A stretch of DNA of 64,000 bases from Gemmatimonas sp. Its GTDB lineage: Bacteria > Gemmatimonadota > Gemmatimonadetes > Gemmatimonadales > Gemmatimonadaceae. Every line of letters starts with the position of its first letter. The first letter of the stretch is position 1. The translations under genes and the position numbers were made by a program. Shown here piece by piece: positions 1 to 10,618 of this stretch. The stretch lies in NCBI GenBank assembly GCA_965279375.1, contig OZ257156.1, positions 832,001 through 896,000 on the forward strand, read 5' to 3'. Under the pieces are notes generated by a model that was not told the origin of the DNA, ran no database searches, and saw only the letters and a list, made by a program, of their open reading frames with translations.

Positions 1-1234
1 CGGGCCAGCGATCACCCTCGAACGCGAGTTCCAACCGACGCTCGAGCTCGATCTGCGACAACACCTGCGCCTGCGTGGTGACCTGATTGCCAAGCGTGTG
101 CACCGCGAGTCCCGCACGGAGGCGCACCTTGTTGTACTCGGCTACCGCTTCCGCCAGACGATTGAGTCGTGCCAGCGCCTCGGCCTTGATCAGCACGATT
201 TCCGCGAGACGGATCACGTGCACATGCTCGGTGCCAGGACGCGCGGAGTACTTGTTGCCATTCAGCGGTCGTCCCGCGTTGCCGCTTGGACGAATGCTCC
301 ACGCCTTTCGCAGATCGCCGGCCGGATACGCGCCGTCGATGCTGGTGCTGGGCGCTACTTCTGCACGACCGACCTGCAGATAGTAGTTGGAGATGCCGTT
401 CGTTTCGGTGGCGTTGAACGAGACGCGGAAGATGTCTTCCGTGGTGTTGCTGCCCGTCACCGAGAACAGATCGGCGTAGGGCACCGTGAGCGTATCGCGG
501 CCAGCCAACACCTGATTGGCAAGATCCAACGCGGCCTGATAGTCCGCCGCCGCATTGGCGTTGCCCGCGAGCCCGGCGCGATAGAACAGCACACGGGCAC
601 GCAATGCACGGGCCGCTGTCGGCGTCGCGTAGCGCGTGTTCGTGGTGTTGCGAATCAGCGCCGTCGCGCTGTCGAGATCCTTGAGCACTTGCGTGTACAC
701 GTCGTTGACCGCGGTGCGTGTGTACGCCTGCGCTTCGGACGGTGCCGCGATCGGCTTGGTCGGCGTCGGTACTGCACCCCAGAACTTCACGAGATTGTGA
801 AAGCCGAGTGCGCGCAGGAAATACGCCTGCCCCATCACGTCGCTGCGGATCGGATCCACAACGCTCGCCACGGTCGGCACGCGCTGCAGGATGACGTTGT
901 CGCGATCGATCTGCTGATAGATCGCGGTCCACATCGCCGTGACTTCGGCGTTGTCCGCCTGCATGCGGTTGGTGGCAACTTCGCCGAGGTACTGGAAGGT
1001 GCCCGTCCACACGGTGTTGTCGGCCGGAAGATCACCGAGCAGCAGTGCAGAGAGGCCATAGTAGCTGCCGGACTGCAGGCCGTCGTACGCGCCGTTAAGC
1101 GCCGCGGTCGCCGTCGCTCCGTCGACGATCAGTTGGTCCTGTGGCAGCGAAGTGACCGGCTCGGTCTGCAGCACATCGCTGCATGCGGTCGCGCCGGTGG
1201 CGAGCAGCGCCAAAGCGAGGTGTCGGATGCGCAT
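1..1234 (-). CDS. RagB/SusD family outer-membrane lipoprotein (3'-truncated by window edge)
   Basis: Not in ORF track (no stop in window). Manual translation from ATG at 1234: MRIRHLALALLATGATAC (lipobox) SDVLQTEP...ALNGAYDGLQ...GQAYFLRALGFHNLVKFWGAVP...ILLERRLEL, typical SusD motifs; directly downstream of a SusC-like gene. Confidence 0.9.
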   Translation of the reverse strand, partial: MRIRHLALALLATGATACSDVLQTEPVTSLPQDQLIVDGATATAALNGAYDGLQSGSYYGLSALLLGDLPADNTVWTGTFQYLGEVATNRMQADNAEVTAMWTAIYQQIDRDNVILQRVPTVASVVDPIRSDVMGQAYFLRALGFHNLVKFWGAVPTPTKPIAAPSEAQAYTRTAVNDVYTQVLKDLDSATALIRNTTNTRYATPTAARALRARVLFYRAGLAGNANAAADYQAALDLANQVLAGRDTLTVPYADLFSVTGSNTTEDIFRVSFNATETNGISNYYLQVGRAEVAPSTSIDGAYPAGDLRKAWSIRPSGNAGRPLNGNKYSARPGTEHVHVIRLAEIVLIKAEALARLNRLAEAVAEYNKVRLRAGLAVHTLGNQVTTQAQVLSQIELERRLELAFEGDRWP

Positions 1235-1290
1235 GAGAGTGGTGGCTCGCGTCGTCGGGGCGCGATGCGTGAGGGTATCGATGTGGTTGA

Positions 1291-4200
1291 TCACCAGCCG
1301 GCGCTCACACCAAAGGTGAACGTGCGAGCGAGCGGGTAGGCGTAGTAGTCGACGCCCATGACCGTGTTGGAATTGGCGCCGTTGCTGTTCACGTCGGGGT
1401 TGTAGCCCAGATAATTGGTCCACGTGACGAGATTGCGCCCCGACACGTACAGACGGGCGTTGTCGGCACGCATCGAACGCGCGAGCGATGCCGGCAGGCG
1501 ATAGCCCAGCGTGACTTCCTGCAGCCGCACGAAGGAACCGTCTTCAACGAAGCGCGACGAGAGGAAGCGCGAGCCGCTGGTGGAGCCCATGCGCGGCTGG
1601 TTGGTGATGTCACCCGGCTTCTGCCAGCGATTGAGCACCGTCGCGATCTTGTTGTCGCGCGAGTTGCCGCCATCGTCGGAGAAGATGCGCACGAGATTGA
1701 GCACCTTGCCGCCCTGGCTGAACTGCAGGAATCCACGCAGGTCGAGGCCCTTCCACTCGATCGTGTTGGTGAGTCCACCGAAGTACTTGGGCTGCGGATT
1801 GCCTGCGAACGCAAGATCTGCCGCAACCGGTGCGGTCGTCTCGGTGCCATCGGCCTTGCGATACAACGCATTGCCCGTGGCCGGATCGACACGCAGGAAT
1901 TTGAATACGTAGAACGTGCCGAGCGGTTGGCCAACCGCAGCGACAGACGTCACGCGACCGCTGACAGTGCCGGTGATCGGCAGGCCATCGTACAGCTCGG
2001 TGATCTTGTTCTTGTTGAAGGTGACGTTGAGGTTGCTCGTCCACTCGAAGCCGCCACGCGTCGCCGCCTTCACATTCGTGGTCTGCAGGTTGAAATCGAA
2101 GCCGCGATTCTCGATCGCGCCGACGTTGTCCCACACGCTCGTGTAACCACTCGTTGCCGGCACCGGGCGCTGCACCAGCAGGTTGGACGTGGAGCGGTTG
2201 TACCAGTCCACGATCAGGTTCACGCGCTGATTGAAGAATCCGATGTCCGCGCCGATGTCCGTCTCTGCCGTCTGCTCCCACTTGAGGTTGGGATTGCCGA
2301 GCTGCGAGTTCACGAGGCCTGTGACACCGGAGTACGCCTGCGACGAAGCGAGCGTGCGGCTGGCGAAGTCGCTGATGCCCTGATTGCCCGTCGTGCCGTA
2401 GCTCGCGCGCAGCTTGAGCGTGGCAAGACTCGCGAGCGCGGATGCGAACGACTCATCGGTCACCGTCCACGCGCCGGAGACGGCGGAGAACTGGCCGTAG
2501 CGATTCGCGCTGCCGAAGCGCGACGAACCATCCGTACGGAAGCTCGCCGAGAGCAGATACTTGTCGCGCATCGACCAGTTGGCGCGCGCGAAGTAGGAGA
2601 CGAGCGTGTTCTCCGTGGCACCACCGTCGAACGTGCTGACCGCTGCCGCGTTGCGCACATAGCGTTCGAAGCCCGTGGGAAATCCGGTGCCCGACACATA
2701 GTTGAAGTCGGAGCTGTTGAGCTCCACGCTGCCGCCCGCCGTGATGGCGAGAGTCTGCCGGTCGGTGCGCAGTGCATCGAAGTTGAGGAATCCTTCGCTC
2801 ACGTAGCGCGTGGCCGCCGTGCGACCGCTCGCGCCTTCGCCGCCTACGCTCGCGCTCACCGCGCGATCGACCTTGGGAGAGCGCCAACGCAGCTCATCCA
2901 CCGTGTACACATCACCACCAACTCGGCCGGTGAGCGTCAGGCGATCGGTCGCGGTGAACTTGGCTTCGAGATTGCCCAGCGCGCGGAACGTGCGCGCGTT
3001 GAGCGTGCTGAATGCGGCGTACGCGACGGGATTGGAGTAGAGCAGGTTCTGCGACGTGCCTCCAAAGCCGAACGACGTACCGCGCACGGGAGAGAAGGGC
3101 TGCATCGCGATGGCGTTGGTCACCAGGCCGTCGAGATTGAGATCACCCGGGACGCGATCGTTGGATTCGCGCGTGAGTCCGATCGAGCTCGTGAACGTCA
3201 GACGCTTGCTGGCCTGCGCATCGAGGTTGAGGCGCACGGCCTGTCGGGCGTAGTCCGAGCCCAGCACGATGCCGCCCTGCGCGAAGTTCGCTGCGGAGAG
3301 GAACATGCGCAGCCGATCGGTGCCACCACTGACGCTCAACTGCACGTCGCTCATCGCCGCGCTGCGGAAGACGGCGTTCTGCCAGTCGGTATTGATGCTG
3401 TCAGTGCCCGCCGCAAACAATGCGGCCTGTCCTTGATTGGCGCGCCCTTCATTCATCAGCGTCACGTACTGCGTGGCGTTGAGCATGTCGACCGTGCGCT
3501 CCACCGACTGCGATCCCGCGTAGCTGTTGATGTTGAAGCGGAAGCGATTCCCGCCGGCACCACGCTTGGTGGTGATGAGCACGACGCCGTTGGAGCCGCG
3601 CGAACCATAGATGGCCGACGCCGCTGCGTCTTTCAGTACGTCGATGCTCGCGATGTCGTCCGGGTTGATGCCCGAGATCGGCGTCATGCGCTGGCCGCTC
3701 GTGCTCGTGATCTGCTCGAACGTGCCCTGCAACATGGGAATGCCGTCCACAACATAGAGCGGCTGGTTTCCGGCGTTGAGCGACGCCGGGCCTCTCACGC
3801 GCACCGATACGCCCGTACCCGGCTCGCCGCTGTTCTGCATCACCTGCACGCCGGCGATGCGCCCCTGCAGTGCGTTGTCGATGCTGGCCACGGGCAGCTG
3901 CGCGAACGCCGACGAGTCGACCGAGGAGATCGCGCTGCTTACTGTGGCGCGCTGCGTGCTGCCGTACCCGGTGGCGACCACTGTGGTGAGCAGCGTCGCG
4001 ACTGGCCGCAGTACGAAGTCCGCCGTCGCCGTGGCGCCCGACGTGACACTCACCGTCTGTGCGCGCGCGCCGTAGCCGATGCGCTGTGCGCGAACGGTCA
4101 CGCTACCCGCCGGTACGCCCAGCAGCTGATAGCTGCCGCTTTCGCCGGTGACGGTGCCCTTGGCGCTGCCGGGGATCGTCACCTGTGCGCCGGCGACGGG

Positions 4201-4347
4201 CCGGCCAGTGGAGGAGTCCGTCACCGTGCCGCGCACGGTTCCCGAGGGTTGGGCAAAGAGCTGTCGCGGAGCGAAGAGCGAGCACGCGAGGGCCACGGCG
4301 ATGGTCGCGGTGAGGCCGCGCCATCGCAAACGGCGGGATGGGAACAT
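1291..4347 (-). CDS. SusC/RagA family TonB-dependent outer-membrane receptor
   Basis: Signal peptide, CarboxypepD_reg-like N-domain, PLYVVDG, IDVLKDAAASAIYGSRGSNGVVLITTKRG, GNPNLKWE, C-terminal YPLARTFTFGVSAGW. Start moved to ATG 4347, preceded by GGAG. Confidence 0.95.
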   Translation of the reverse strand: MFPSRRLRWRGLTATIAVALACSLFAPRQLFAQPSGTVRGTVTDSSTGRPVAGAQVTIPGSAKGTVTGESGSYQLLGVPAGSVTVRAQRIGYGARAQTVSVTSGATATADFVLRPVATLLTTVVATGYGSTQRATVSSAISSVDSSAFAQLPVASIDNALQGRIAGVQVMQNSGEPGTGVSVRVRGPASLNAGNQPLYVVDGIPMLQGTFEQITSTSGQRMTPISGINPDDIASIDVLKDAAASAIYGSRGSNGVVLITTKRGAGGNRFRFNINSYAGSQSVERTVDMLNATQYVTLMNEGRANQGQAALFAAGTDSINTDWQNAVFRSAAMSDVQLSVSGGTDRLRMFLSAANFAQGGIVLGSDYARQAVRLNLDAQASKRLTFTSSIGLTRESNDRVPGDLNLDGLVTNAIAMQPFSPVRGTSFGFGGTSQNLLYSNPVAYAAFSTLNARTFRALGNLEAKFTATDRLTLTGRVGGDVYTVDELRWRSPKVDRAVSASVGGEGASGRTAATRYVSEGFLNFDALRTDRQTLAITAGGSVELNSSDFNYVSGTGFPTGFERYVRNAAAVSTFDGGATENTLVSYFARANWSMRDKYLLSASFRTDGSSRFGSANRYGQFSAVSGAWTVTDESFASALASLATLKLRASYGTTGNQGISDFASRTLASSQAYSGVTGLVNSQLGNPNLKWEQTAETDIGADIGFFNQRVNLIVDWYNRSTSNLLVQRPVPATSGYTSVWDNVGAIENRGFDFNLQTTNVKAATRGGFEWTSNLNVTFNKNKITELYDGLPITGTVSGRVTSVAAVGQPLGTFYVFKFLRVDPATGNALYRKADGTETTAPVAADLAFAGNPQPKYFGGLTNTIEWKGLDLRGFLQFSQGGKVLNLVRIFSDDGGNSRDNKIATVLNRWQKPGDITNQPRMGSTSGSRFLSSRFVEDGSFVRLQEVTLGYRLPASLARSMRADNARLYVSGRNLVTWTNYLGYNPDVNSNGANSNTVMGVDYYAYPLARTFTFGVSAGW

Positions 4348-4591
4348 CGAATCTCCAGGGGCGGGGAGCGTACGCAGGCGCCGTATCGGCGCGTCACGTG
4401 ACTGGGGAGTGCTGCCGAGCCGTGACAATTCGAGGGAGGCGTCGTAATGGTCAAGGGATTTGTGACAGTGCGACTCTCTCGAGGGGCGAAACGTGCGCAT
4501 CGCGGTGACCTGATCGTGACGCGACACGGCCACGTGCCCGCTCAAGCTCGTTGTAACAGGTTCGATGCCCGTCTCGTACTTTTCTGTGCAA

Positions 4592-6463
4592 ATGACACTG
4601 TCAGCCAACAGCGCCGTCTCGGGCGACCTCTCCCCCCTCCGCAACGCCCTCCGCGGCCAATACGCGATCGAGCGAGAACTCGGGCGCGGCGGCATGGGCA
4701 TTGTCGTTCTGGCCCGGGATGAGCGTCTCGACCGTCAGGTGGCGCTCAAGGTGTTGCCGCCTGAACTCGCACTCGACGCGGACACGCGCGAGCGCTTCCT
4801 GCGTGAAGCCCGCATGTCCGCGCAGCTGTCACACCCCAACATCGTGCCCGTCTACCGGGCAGACGAAATCGGCGGCTTCGCCTTCTTCGCCATGGGTTTC
4901 GTGGATGGCGAGACGCTGGGCGACCGCATCCGGGATCGTGGGAAGCTGCCGGCGGCCGAAGTGGTGCGACTGCTGCGTGAGGTCGCGTGGGCACTGACCT
5001 ACGCACACGCGCGGGGCATCGTGCACCGCGACGTGAAGCCCGAGAACATCCTGATCGAGCGATCGTCGGGACGTGCGATCGTGACCGACTTCGGCATCGC
5101 CCGCGCCGACTTCAATCCGTCGCTCACGCAGGACGGCCACGTGCTCGGCACCGTGCACTACATGAGCCCCGAGCAGTCCACCGGTGAACCGTTCGATGGC
5201 CGGAGCGATCTGTACGCGCTGGGATGCGTCGGGTTCTTCGCGCTGAGCGGACGGCTGCCATTCGAGGGCTCCTCGCCGCAAGCGATTCTGATTGCACACG
5301 CCACCAAGCAGCCGCCGGCGTTGCGGAGTGTGGCGCCGCACGTGCCGGCGGCGCTGGCCACGGTGATCGATCGCTGCCTCGCGAAGCGGCCTGACGACCG
5401 CTACGAGCCGGAAGAGCTGTTCGACGCGCTGGGAAAGGCGTTCGATGCTGTCGAGAACGACGCACGCGAAACCACCGGACAGGCGACCGTGATCTCGAGC
5501 GATCAGGCGATGCTGGTGTGGCGGCGTGCGGCCGAACTGCAGGCAGAGGCCGCCGCGCGTCTCGAGAGCAAGATGCGTTCGGCGACGGAAACGCGATCGA
5601 TGACGACCGTCTCGGCCGGTACAACCGAGGCAGCGCGCGCGAGCAACGACGCGCCGGCACCGACGGATGCGTATCGTCTGCGCGACGTGGAAGCGGCGGC
5701 GGCCGAGGCGGGCATTTCGCAGAAGTACGTGGCGCTGGCGCTCGCCGAACTGAATGGCTCTCCGGATGCACTGCAGCGCATTCAGCCGACGTCGCGGTTC
5801 AAGGAGCAGCTGGCGACGCGTCTGTTCGGCACATCGCAGCGGACGCTGGCGGTTTCGCGAGTCGTTCGTGCCGCGCCTCGCGACGTGCTGCAGGCGTTGG
5901 GACGCACGTGGCAGGGTTCGCCCTGGCTGCTCTCGCTGCGCGATACCATTGGCGGGCACCCGCTGGATGGCGGCGTACTTGAGTTCGAACTCCCGGCGAT
6001 GGTCGATGGCAGCTACAAGTGGACCTGGACGCGATACGGCGTCTACGCGCCCGAGGTGCGGGTGACGCTCGCACCCGTGCCTGGGGATCCGCGGGCATGC
6101 GAGGTCACCATGAGCGTCGATCTGCGTCCCGGACTCACGCCGAACATGATCGGCTACGGCGTCATCGCCTCGTCGGTCTCCGGGGTGAGTGGGCTCATCG
6201 GTGCCGTCATCGCGAAGAAGGCGCTGGTCATGGCCGGCGTGGCGCTGCTCGGTCCGGCAGTCGGCGTGGCGGCGGTTCTGGGTCTGGCGGCACTCGCCGC
6301 GAGCGGGCCCTGCTATCGCTGGGAGATCCGCAAAGCGGGCGCCGAGATGCAGGCCGCGCTGGCCGCGATCGAGACGTCGCTGCGATCGATCGACATTTTC
6401 GGCAGCGCGCCGCCACCGCCTCCCAAGCCACCCTCAGATAGTTCGTTTCTGCTGGGGATGTGA
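4592..6463 (+). CDS. Hanks-type Ser/Thr protein kinase with C-terminal membrane segments
   Basis: LGRGGMG, VALKVL, HRDVKPEN, DFG, GTVHYMSPEQ, SDLYALG motifs; two hydrophobic segments near the C-terminus. Confidence 0.93.
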   Translation: MTLSANSAVSGDLSPLRNALRGQYAIERELGRGGMGIVVLARDERLDRQVALKVLPPELALDADTRERFLREARMSAQLSHPNIVPVYRADEIGGFAFFAMGFVDGETLGDRIRDRGKLPAAEVVRLLREVAWALTYAHARGIVHRDVKPENILIERSSGRAIVTDFGIARADFNPSLTQDGHVLGTVHYMSPEQSTGEPFDGRSDLYALGCVGFFALSGRLPFEGSSPQAILIAHATKQPPALRSVAPHVPAALATVIDRCLAKRPDDRYEPEELFDALGKAFDAVENDARETTGQATVISSDQAMLVWRRAAELQAEAAARLESKMRSATETRSMTTVSAGTTEAARASNDAPAPTDAYRLRDVEAAAAEAGISQKYVALALAELNGSPDALQRIQPTSRFKEQLATRLFGTSQRTLAVSRVVRAAPRDVLQALGRTWQGSPWLLSLRDTIGGHPLDGGVLEFELPAMVDGSYKWTWTRYGVYAPEVRVTLAPVPGDPRACEVTMSVDLRPGLTPNMIGYGVIASSVSGVSGLIGAVIAKKALVMAGVALLGPAVGVAAVLGLAALAASGPCYRWEIRKAGAEMQAALAAIETSLRSIDIFGSAPPPPPKPPSDSSFLLGM

Positions 6464-6581
6464 GTCCGAAGCGCGGGGAGCGTTTGTGACGAGTCGATAA
6501 GGGCTCGGAGTATCTCGGGTGTTGGAAGACGCGGACTGCTCGTTCGGTGCCGCGATTCCGTCCACGCTCCCCTGGTGCTCC

Positions 6582-7292
6582 ATGCGTATCCGATCGTTCT
6601 CATTTTCCGCCCTGACCACGGCGCGCGGACAGCTGCTGCTGTTGGTGAGCGCCCTCACGGTCACCGCTTGTCTCTCCAGCGACCCGGTCAGCTCGACGAT
6701 CGTCGGATCGCTCTCCAAGGTGAGCGGCGACTCGCAAACCGTCGTGCACAACGTCGGGCTGGCCAGCCCGATGGTGGTCAAGGTGCTCGCGCAGAACGGC
6801 ACAGCGATCTCGGGCGCGACCGTGCGCTGGGCGATGGTCGCCGGCGACTCGGGCGCCGTGGCCGACTCGATCAGCACCAGCGATGCATCGGGGCTGGCCA
6901 GCATGATGTTCACGGCGGGCAGCGTCGCAGATTCAAGCGTGCAGGTGACGGCGACACTGGACGCCACTCAGCTCACGTTCACCCACAAGGTGACGCCCAG
7001 CCAGGCCACCGCGATCAAGCTGTTTCAGGGCGACGGTGCTGCTGGGATCGCCGGTGCGGTGGTGCAGTTGACCGTGCAAGTGACCGACAACGTCGGGAAC
7101 GCGATTCCCGGGGTGACCGTCGCCTGGGCGGTGGGCCCCAAGGGCGGAACGCTCGTCCCGTCGAATGTGGTCACCAGCAGCACCGGACTGTCGCGAGCCG
7201 CGCTCACGCTCGACGCCGGTGCGGGCACCTACACCGTGGTGGTGTCGAGCCCCGGACTGCCGCCGGTTACCTTCACGGTCACGCAGATCTAG
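6582..7292 (+). CDS. Lipoprotein with bacterial Ig-like (Big_1-type) repeats
   Basis: Lipobox (LTVTAC); repeated SGDSQ/QGDG..V.V.D..G..I.G..V.W pattern of Ig-like domains. Confidence 0.7.
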   Translation: MRIRSFSFSALTTARGQLLLLVSALTVTACLSSDPVSSTIVGSLSKVSGDSQTVVHNVGLASPMVVKVLAQNGTAISGATVRWAMVAGDSGAVADSISTSDASGLASMMFTAGSVADSSVQVTATLDATQLTFTHKVTPSQATAIKLFQGDGAAGIAGAVVQLTVQVTDNVGNAIPGVTVAWAVGPKGGTLVPSNVVTSSTGLSRAALTLDAGAGTYTVVVSSPGLPPVTFTVTQI

Positions 7293-7376
7293 TCCGGCGT
7301 CGCCTCTCAAGGACGCCCTTTACGAGACGATCTCTCAGTGGTAAGATAGATCATCTTCTTCATTGAGAGTCTCTGC

Positions 7377-8279
7377 ATGTCCATCCGTCCTGTTCGTCGT
7401 ATCGATCGCGCCCAGCCCACCATGGAAGGCGCGGGTGTTCACCTGCACCGCGCCTTCGGCTTCGGCAATACGAGCGAGACCGATCCGTTTCTGTTGTTCG
7501 ACGATTTCCGCAACGATGTCCCGTCGCAGTACAAGGCGGGCTTTCCGTGGCATCCGCATCGCGGCATCGAAACGATCACCTACGTGCTGGCCGGTGAAGT
7601 GGAGCACGCGGACAGCTTGGGCAATCGCGGCATGCTGGGCGCCGGCGACGTGCAGTGGATGACGGCGGGCAGCGGCATCGTCCACCATGAGATGCCGCAG
7701 GGCGACGCGCAGGGTCGCATGCACGGCTTTCAGCTGTGGGCCAATCTGCCGTCGTCACTCAAGATGACCGCGCCACGCTATCAGGACGTGAAGTCGAAGG
7801 ACATCGCCGAAATCATCGACGATGACGGCACGGTGGTGCGCGTGGTGTGCGGAGAGTTCTGGGGAAAGCGCGGACCGGTGGATGGCATCGCGGCCGACCC
7901 GATCTATCTCGACGTTTCCGTTCCCCCCGGCCGCAAGAAGTCCTTGCCGGTCGATGCATACCGCAGCGCGTTTGCCTACGTGTTTGCCGGCAGCGGGTCG
8001 TTCCGCCACGCCAGCGACCCGATGGGCGTGCTCACCGAACGCACCGCGGGCAACGACGATGATCTCGTGCGCGACCGCACCGGCAATCGCTCCCTCGTGA
8101 TGTTCGACAGCGGCGATGAAGTCACGGTGCAGGCCGGCGACGAAGGCATTCGCTTTCTGCTCGTGAGCGGCAAGCCGATCAAGGAGCCGGTGGCGTGGTA
8201 CGGCCCGATCGTGATGAACACGCAGGAAGAGCTGCGCACGGCGGTGAGTGAGCTGAACGCCGGGACGTTCATCAAGTAG
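7377..8279 (+). CDS. Pirin family protein
   Basis: DPFLLFDDF, GFPWHPHRGIETITY, VQWMTAGSGIVHHE, GPIVMNT motifs. Confidence 0.95.
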   Translation: MSIRPVRRIDRAQPTMEGAGVHLHRAFGFGNTSETDPFLLFDDFRNDVPSQYKAGFPWHPHRGIETITYVLAGEVEHADSLGNRGMLGAGDVQWMTAGSGIVHHEMPQGDAQGRMHGFQLWANLPSSLKMTAPRYQDVKSKDIAEIIDDDGTVVRVVCGEFWGKRGPVDGIAADPIYLDVSVPPGRKKSLPVDAYRSAFAYVFAGSGSFRHASDPMGVLTERTAGNDDDLVRDRTGNRSLVMFDSGDEVTVQAGDEGIRFLLVSGKPIKEPVAWYGPIVMNTQEELRTAVSELNAGTFIK

Positions 8280-8296
8280 TCGCCACGCACTCGCTG

Positions 8297-8863
8297 CTAC
8301 CGAAACGCGTCCTCGAAGAACGACGGCAAGTCGACCACGAACGGTTCAGCCACACCCGGCGGGTGCCAGCGCAGTGTCTCGCTGAGCACCTCGCCGGGAT
8401 CGACGGCGCCACTCCACCGCGACACGTTGCGCGCCTCAGGGTTGATCACCCAGTACTCGCCCACCCCCTCTCGCAGATACAGATCGCGCTTGATCTGGTA
8501 GTCGAGCAGCGGGTTGGACGGCGATACGACCTCCACCGCGAGTATCAGGTCGCTCAGGTGATACGGATACGGCACCCGCTTGCCATCCACGCGCCGCACC
8601 ACATACACATCCGGCTGCACGCGATTGCGCCGGCGTTCACCACGCCACACGTCGCTGGGCGAGATCATCACCTTGCCGACGTCGCTGCCGGCGAAGTACG
8701 CGCGCAGGCGAGCGCTCAGCTCGAGTGCGATGTCCTGATGCCCCTCGTTCGGCGACGGGGTCACGTACAGCACACCATCGATGAGCTCGTAGCGCTGCCC
8801 GTCATCCGGCAGCGCATCCAGCATCTCGATGGTCCAGTCGGTGACCAAATTGGGCATGGCCAT
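8297..8863 (-). CDS. Uma2 family (PD-(D/E)XK) endonuclease-like protein
   Basis: RYELIDG..P, QPD, LAVEVVSPS, K..LY...GV.EYWVINP motifs; start set at MAMP. Confidence 0.9.
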   Translation of the reverse strand: MAMPNLVTDWTIEMLDALPDDGQRYELIDGVLYVTPSPNEGHQDIALELSARLRAYFAGSDVGKVMISPSDVWRGERRRNRVQPDVYVVRRVDGKRVPYPYHLSDLILAVEVVSPSNPLLDYQIKRDLYLREGVGEYWVINPEARNVSRWSGAVDPGEVLSETLRWHPPGVAEPFVVDLPSFFEDAFR

Positions 8864-9104
8864 AAGCTGAAGCACTCGGCGCGGGGTTGGCAAGCCAGCA
8901 TCGCCCATGATCGCGAGCAGCCGTCGCATCTGCGTCACCATTCAATCGCACGTCGCATCAATCGATCGCGGACGTCGCGCCTATCGGCCGCGGACACTCG
9001 GCAACAGTTTCGCAGAGTGACGCTGTCGCGATCCGACGTCTCCGCGGCTCCTGCGGACTTCTGATCGCCGCCCCCTCCACCCTCATCATCGAGCTCCCTC
9101 ATCC

Positions 9105-10598
9105 ATGACGACTCCACATCGTCTGCCCCGCCTCGATCGCACGATGATCAGCACCCGCCTGTTGTGTGCCGTACTCGCAATCGCATCGGCTACAGTCGCG
9201 CCACAGGTGCACGCGCAAAACGTGGCCACATCAGCCGCGTCACTCGCCAACAACCCCGATGTCCTCGGTGCCGAACGCCTCTTCTCAGCCTGGCTGGAAG
9301 GACAACTCGCCTATCGCGGGATTCCCGGCGTGTCGGTGGGCGTGGTGTACGATCAACAACTCGTGTGGTCGCAGGGGTTTGGCTTCGCAGACATCAAGAA
9401 TCGCGTGCCGATGACGCCGCAGGTGAAGTTCCGCATTGCCTCGCACAGCAAGATGTTCGCCGCCATCGCGATCATGCAGCTGCGCGAAGAAGGCAAGCTC
9501 CGCCTCGACGATCCGGTGGAGAAGCACCTGCCGTGGTTCAAGGCCAAACCGGCCAATGATGACGATGGCGTGATCACCATCGAGCAGCTGTTGTCGCACA
9601 CGTCCGGGCTGCAGCGTGAAGCAGGGGACCATTGGACGTCGTTCAATTTCCCGACGGAAGACGAACTCAAGCGACTCTACAGCGATCGGCAGGCGGCCTT
9701 CGCGCCCAATGTACGCTGGAAGTATTCCAACCTCGCATTCGCGGTGGCCGGGTTGCTGGTGGAACAGATCAGCGGACAGAAGTGGGCCGCCTATGTGCAG
9801 CAGCACATGCTCACGCCGCTCGCGATGAACGCAACAAGTGTGGACCAGAACGTCGCGGGACTTACGGTGCCCTACATGCGCCGGCTTCCGGATGGTTCGC
9901 GCGATGTGCTGCCGTTTGTCGACGCGCGCGGCATGGCGGCGGCCACCGGCATGACATCGAACGTCGACGACCTCGCGAAGTTCGTATCGGCGCAGTTCCG
10001 CCGAGGACCGCGTAGCGGCGCGCAGATTCTCAGCACCGGCTCGTGGCGCGAGATGCATCGCGTGCGTGCCGTGGACGAAACGTGGCAGAGCGGCAGCGGA
10101 CTCGGCTTCGATTTCAATCGCATCGACAATCGCACGTGGGTGGGCCATGGTGGCGGATATCCGGGCAACACCACGCAGACGCTCTTCCAAATGACCGACA
10201 AGATCGGCGTCATTGTGCTCACCAACACCAACGACTCCAATCCGTTTCAGATCGCTGAGCAGTTGATCGCGACAGTGGGCGCGGCGGTGGCGAGAGCAAC
10301 GGCGCCGCGTGGGCAGACCGTTGCGTGGGATGCGTCGTGGGCGCGCTTTGCCGGATGGTATCGCAGTGCGATGGGCGACCAGCGCGTGGTGCTGATGAAC
10401 GACAAGCTGGTCATCATCTCCCCCACTGCCACCACGGTTGGCACGCCGACCACGTTGGAGCCACTTGGTGGCGGGCGCTTCCGCCTGATGGCGCCGGGCG
10501 GCGGCGGTGCCATCGGTGAGGTTGTGCGCTTCGTCGAAGCGAACGGCGTGGTGAGTCGCATGTATGTCGGCGATGGATACGCCACGCGCCTGCCGTGA
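9105..10598 (+). CDS. Exported serine hydrolase (beta-lactamase class C-like)
   Basis: Signal peptide; FRIASHSK (SxxK), LLSHTSGL, YSN, HGG motifs. Confidence 0.9.
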   Translation: MTTPHRLPRLDRTMISTRLLCAVLAIASATVAPQVHAQNVATSAASLANNPDVLGAERLFSAWLEGQLAYRGIPGVSVGVVYDQQLVWSQGFGFADIKNRVPMTPQVKFRIASHSKMFAAIAIMQLREEGKLRLDDPVEKHLPWFKAKPANDDDGVITIEQLLSHTSGLQREAGDHWTSFNFPTEDELKRLYSDRQAAFAPNVRWKYSNLAFAVAGLLVEQISGQKWAAYVQQHMLTPLAMNATSVDQNVAGLTVPYMRRLPDGSRDVLPFVDARGMAAATGMTSNVDDLAKFVSAQFRRGPRSGAQILSTGSWREMHRVRAVDETWQSGSGLGFDFNRIDNRTWVGHGGGYPGNTTQTLFQMTDKIGVIVLTNTNDSNPFQIAEQLIATVGAAVARATAPRGQTVAWDASWARFAGWYRSAMGDQRVVLMNDKLVIISPTATTVGTPTTLEPLGGGRFRLMAPGGGGAIGEVVRFVEANGVVSRMYVGDGYATRLP

Positions 10599-10618
10599 TG
10601 CACGCTTAGCTTTCGCGC

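Noticed and set aside
1927..4401. 824-aa plus-strand ORF (and similar long antisense ORFs such as 98..1339, 31326..32660, 42364..43737, 47641..49362)
   Set aside because: Shadow ORFs opposite well-supported genes in high-GC DNA; no recognisable motifs.
8297..8863. Uma2 nuclease as a defence or restriction system
   Set aside because: Solitary gene with no methyltransferase or partner; such genes are commonly scattered.
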